DNA of 64,000 nucleotides from Escherichia coli (GTDB lineage Bacteria; Pseudomonadota; Gammaproteobacteria; Enterobacterales; Enterobacteriaceae): NCBI RefSeq assembly GCF_013315695.1, contig NZ_CP054353.1; one strand, 5' to 3'. Shown piece by piece: positions 63,383 to 64,000 of this stretch (position 1 is its first letter; each line of letters starts with the position of its first letter). The notes under the pieces were generated by a model. It saw only the letters and a program-made list of their open reading frames with translations, ran no database searches and was not told where the DNA came from. The position numbers and the translations under genes were made by a program.

Positions 63383-63997
63383 TTATCTGTTTGAGCCTAA
63401 AGGGATCTCAGGGTCTGGCTCATGAGTAATTCTGTTTCGTAAATCTCTGCGAATAATTTCAATGGACCAGAACCAGACTAAATGTCCAAAAATTTCAGAA
63501 ACATTCTCATACCACGGGAGATCAAACAGAGGTGGCGTCAGTCCCATGAGAGGGAATGAAATCATATGAACAAAAAGTTGGGCTAAAGCACCTGCCAGTA
63601 AGCCCTGCCAGAGTTTAATTTTTGGAAATACTTCAGCGACCACACAATAACCGACAGCAAACACTATCGAAAAGATAATGTGCGTAACACCAACCCAGTT
63701 AAAGACATGCCCGGCAAAGGTATAAACAGCCGCATTGGGATCTGTCAGCCCCAGCCAGTCTCGAAGAAAAATATACGGAGGATTGAGAAAATTACGGGAG
63801 CAATCAATTTGCCCAGCAGCCCTGATTAATGATTCCGGACCACACGCTGCATTAAACATATCCACCGGGCTACGTGGCGGCAATGGAACTTCAGCCCCCC
63901 ACTTCACAAATGCGGAAACAACGCCAGCAATCAGCCCAATGAATGCAGCAAGACCATAACGTCTGCGGTTCGGTGGAGTTTGTTCAAATATATTCAT
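63383..63997 (-). CDS. yagU: Inner membrane protein YagU (DUF1440)
   Basis: 204 aa with several hydrophobic helices. Confidence 0.8.
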
Positions 63998-64000
63998 ATT

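Overview
Escherichia coli-like chromosomal window with four parts. (1) 1-28.6 kb: the distal part of a Flag-2-type second (lateral-like) flagellar gene cluster: FliGHIJ-like genes, flgNMA-like and flgBCDEFGHIJKL-like genes, lateral flagellin lafA with cap, chaperone, FliK-like ruler, FliL-like gene, sigma-28 and MotAB-like stator. A cytidylyltransferase gene and a convergent three-domain glycosyltransferase gene sit after the FliJ-like gene, and REP/BIME repeats fill many intergenic gaps. (2) 28.7-40.7 kb: conserved backbone dinB-yafNOP, an apparently intact rtcB-prfH pair, pepD, gpt, frsA, crl, phoE, proBA. (3) tRNA-Thr (thrW-like, 40784-40859) followed by a ~12.8 kb integrated P4/PICI-like satellite element (integrase, AlpA, antirepressor-like gene, a run of small unknown ORFs, zinc-finger/TOPRIM/D5-type primase, iteron-type origin, then three virion/ejection-like genes), whose right end is cut by IS1. 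(4) Two identical 768-bp IS1 copies (53626-54393 and 57129-57896), neither with a target-site duplication, bracket ykgR-ykgM-ykgO; the second IS1 truncates the ecp (mat) fimbrial operon to ecpC'-ecpD-ecpE, followed by ykgJ and yagU. No CRISPR array or rRNA gene was seen. The most interesting candidates are the flagellum-embedded glycosyltransferase/cytidylyltransferase module and the unknown gene sets of the thrW satellite element. All homology calls are from reading the translated ORFs; none was checked against a database.
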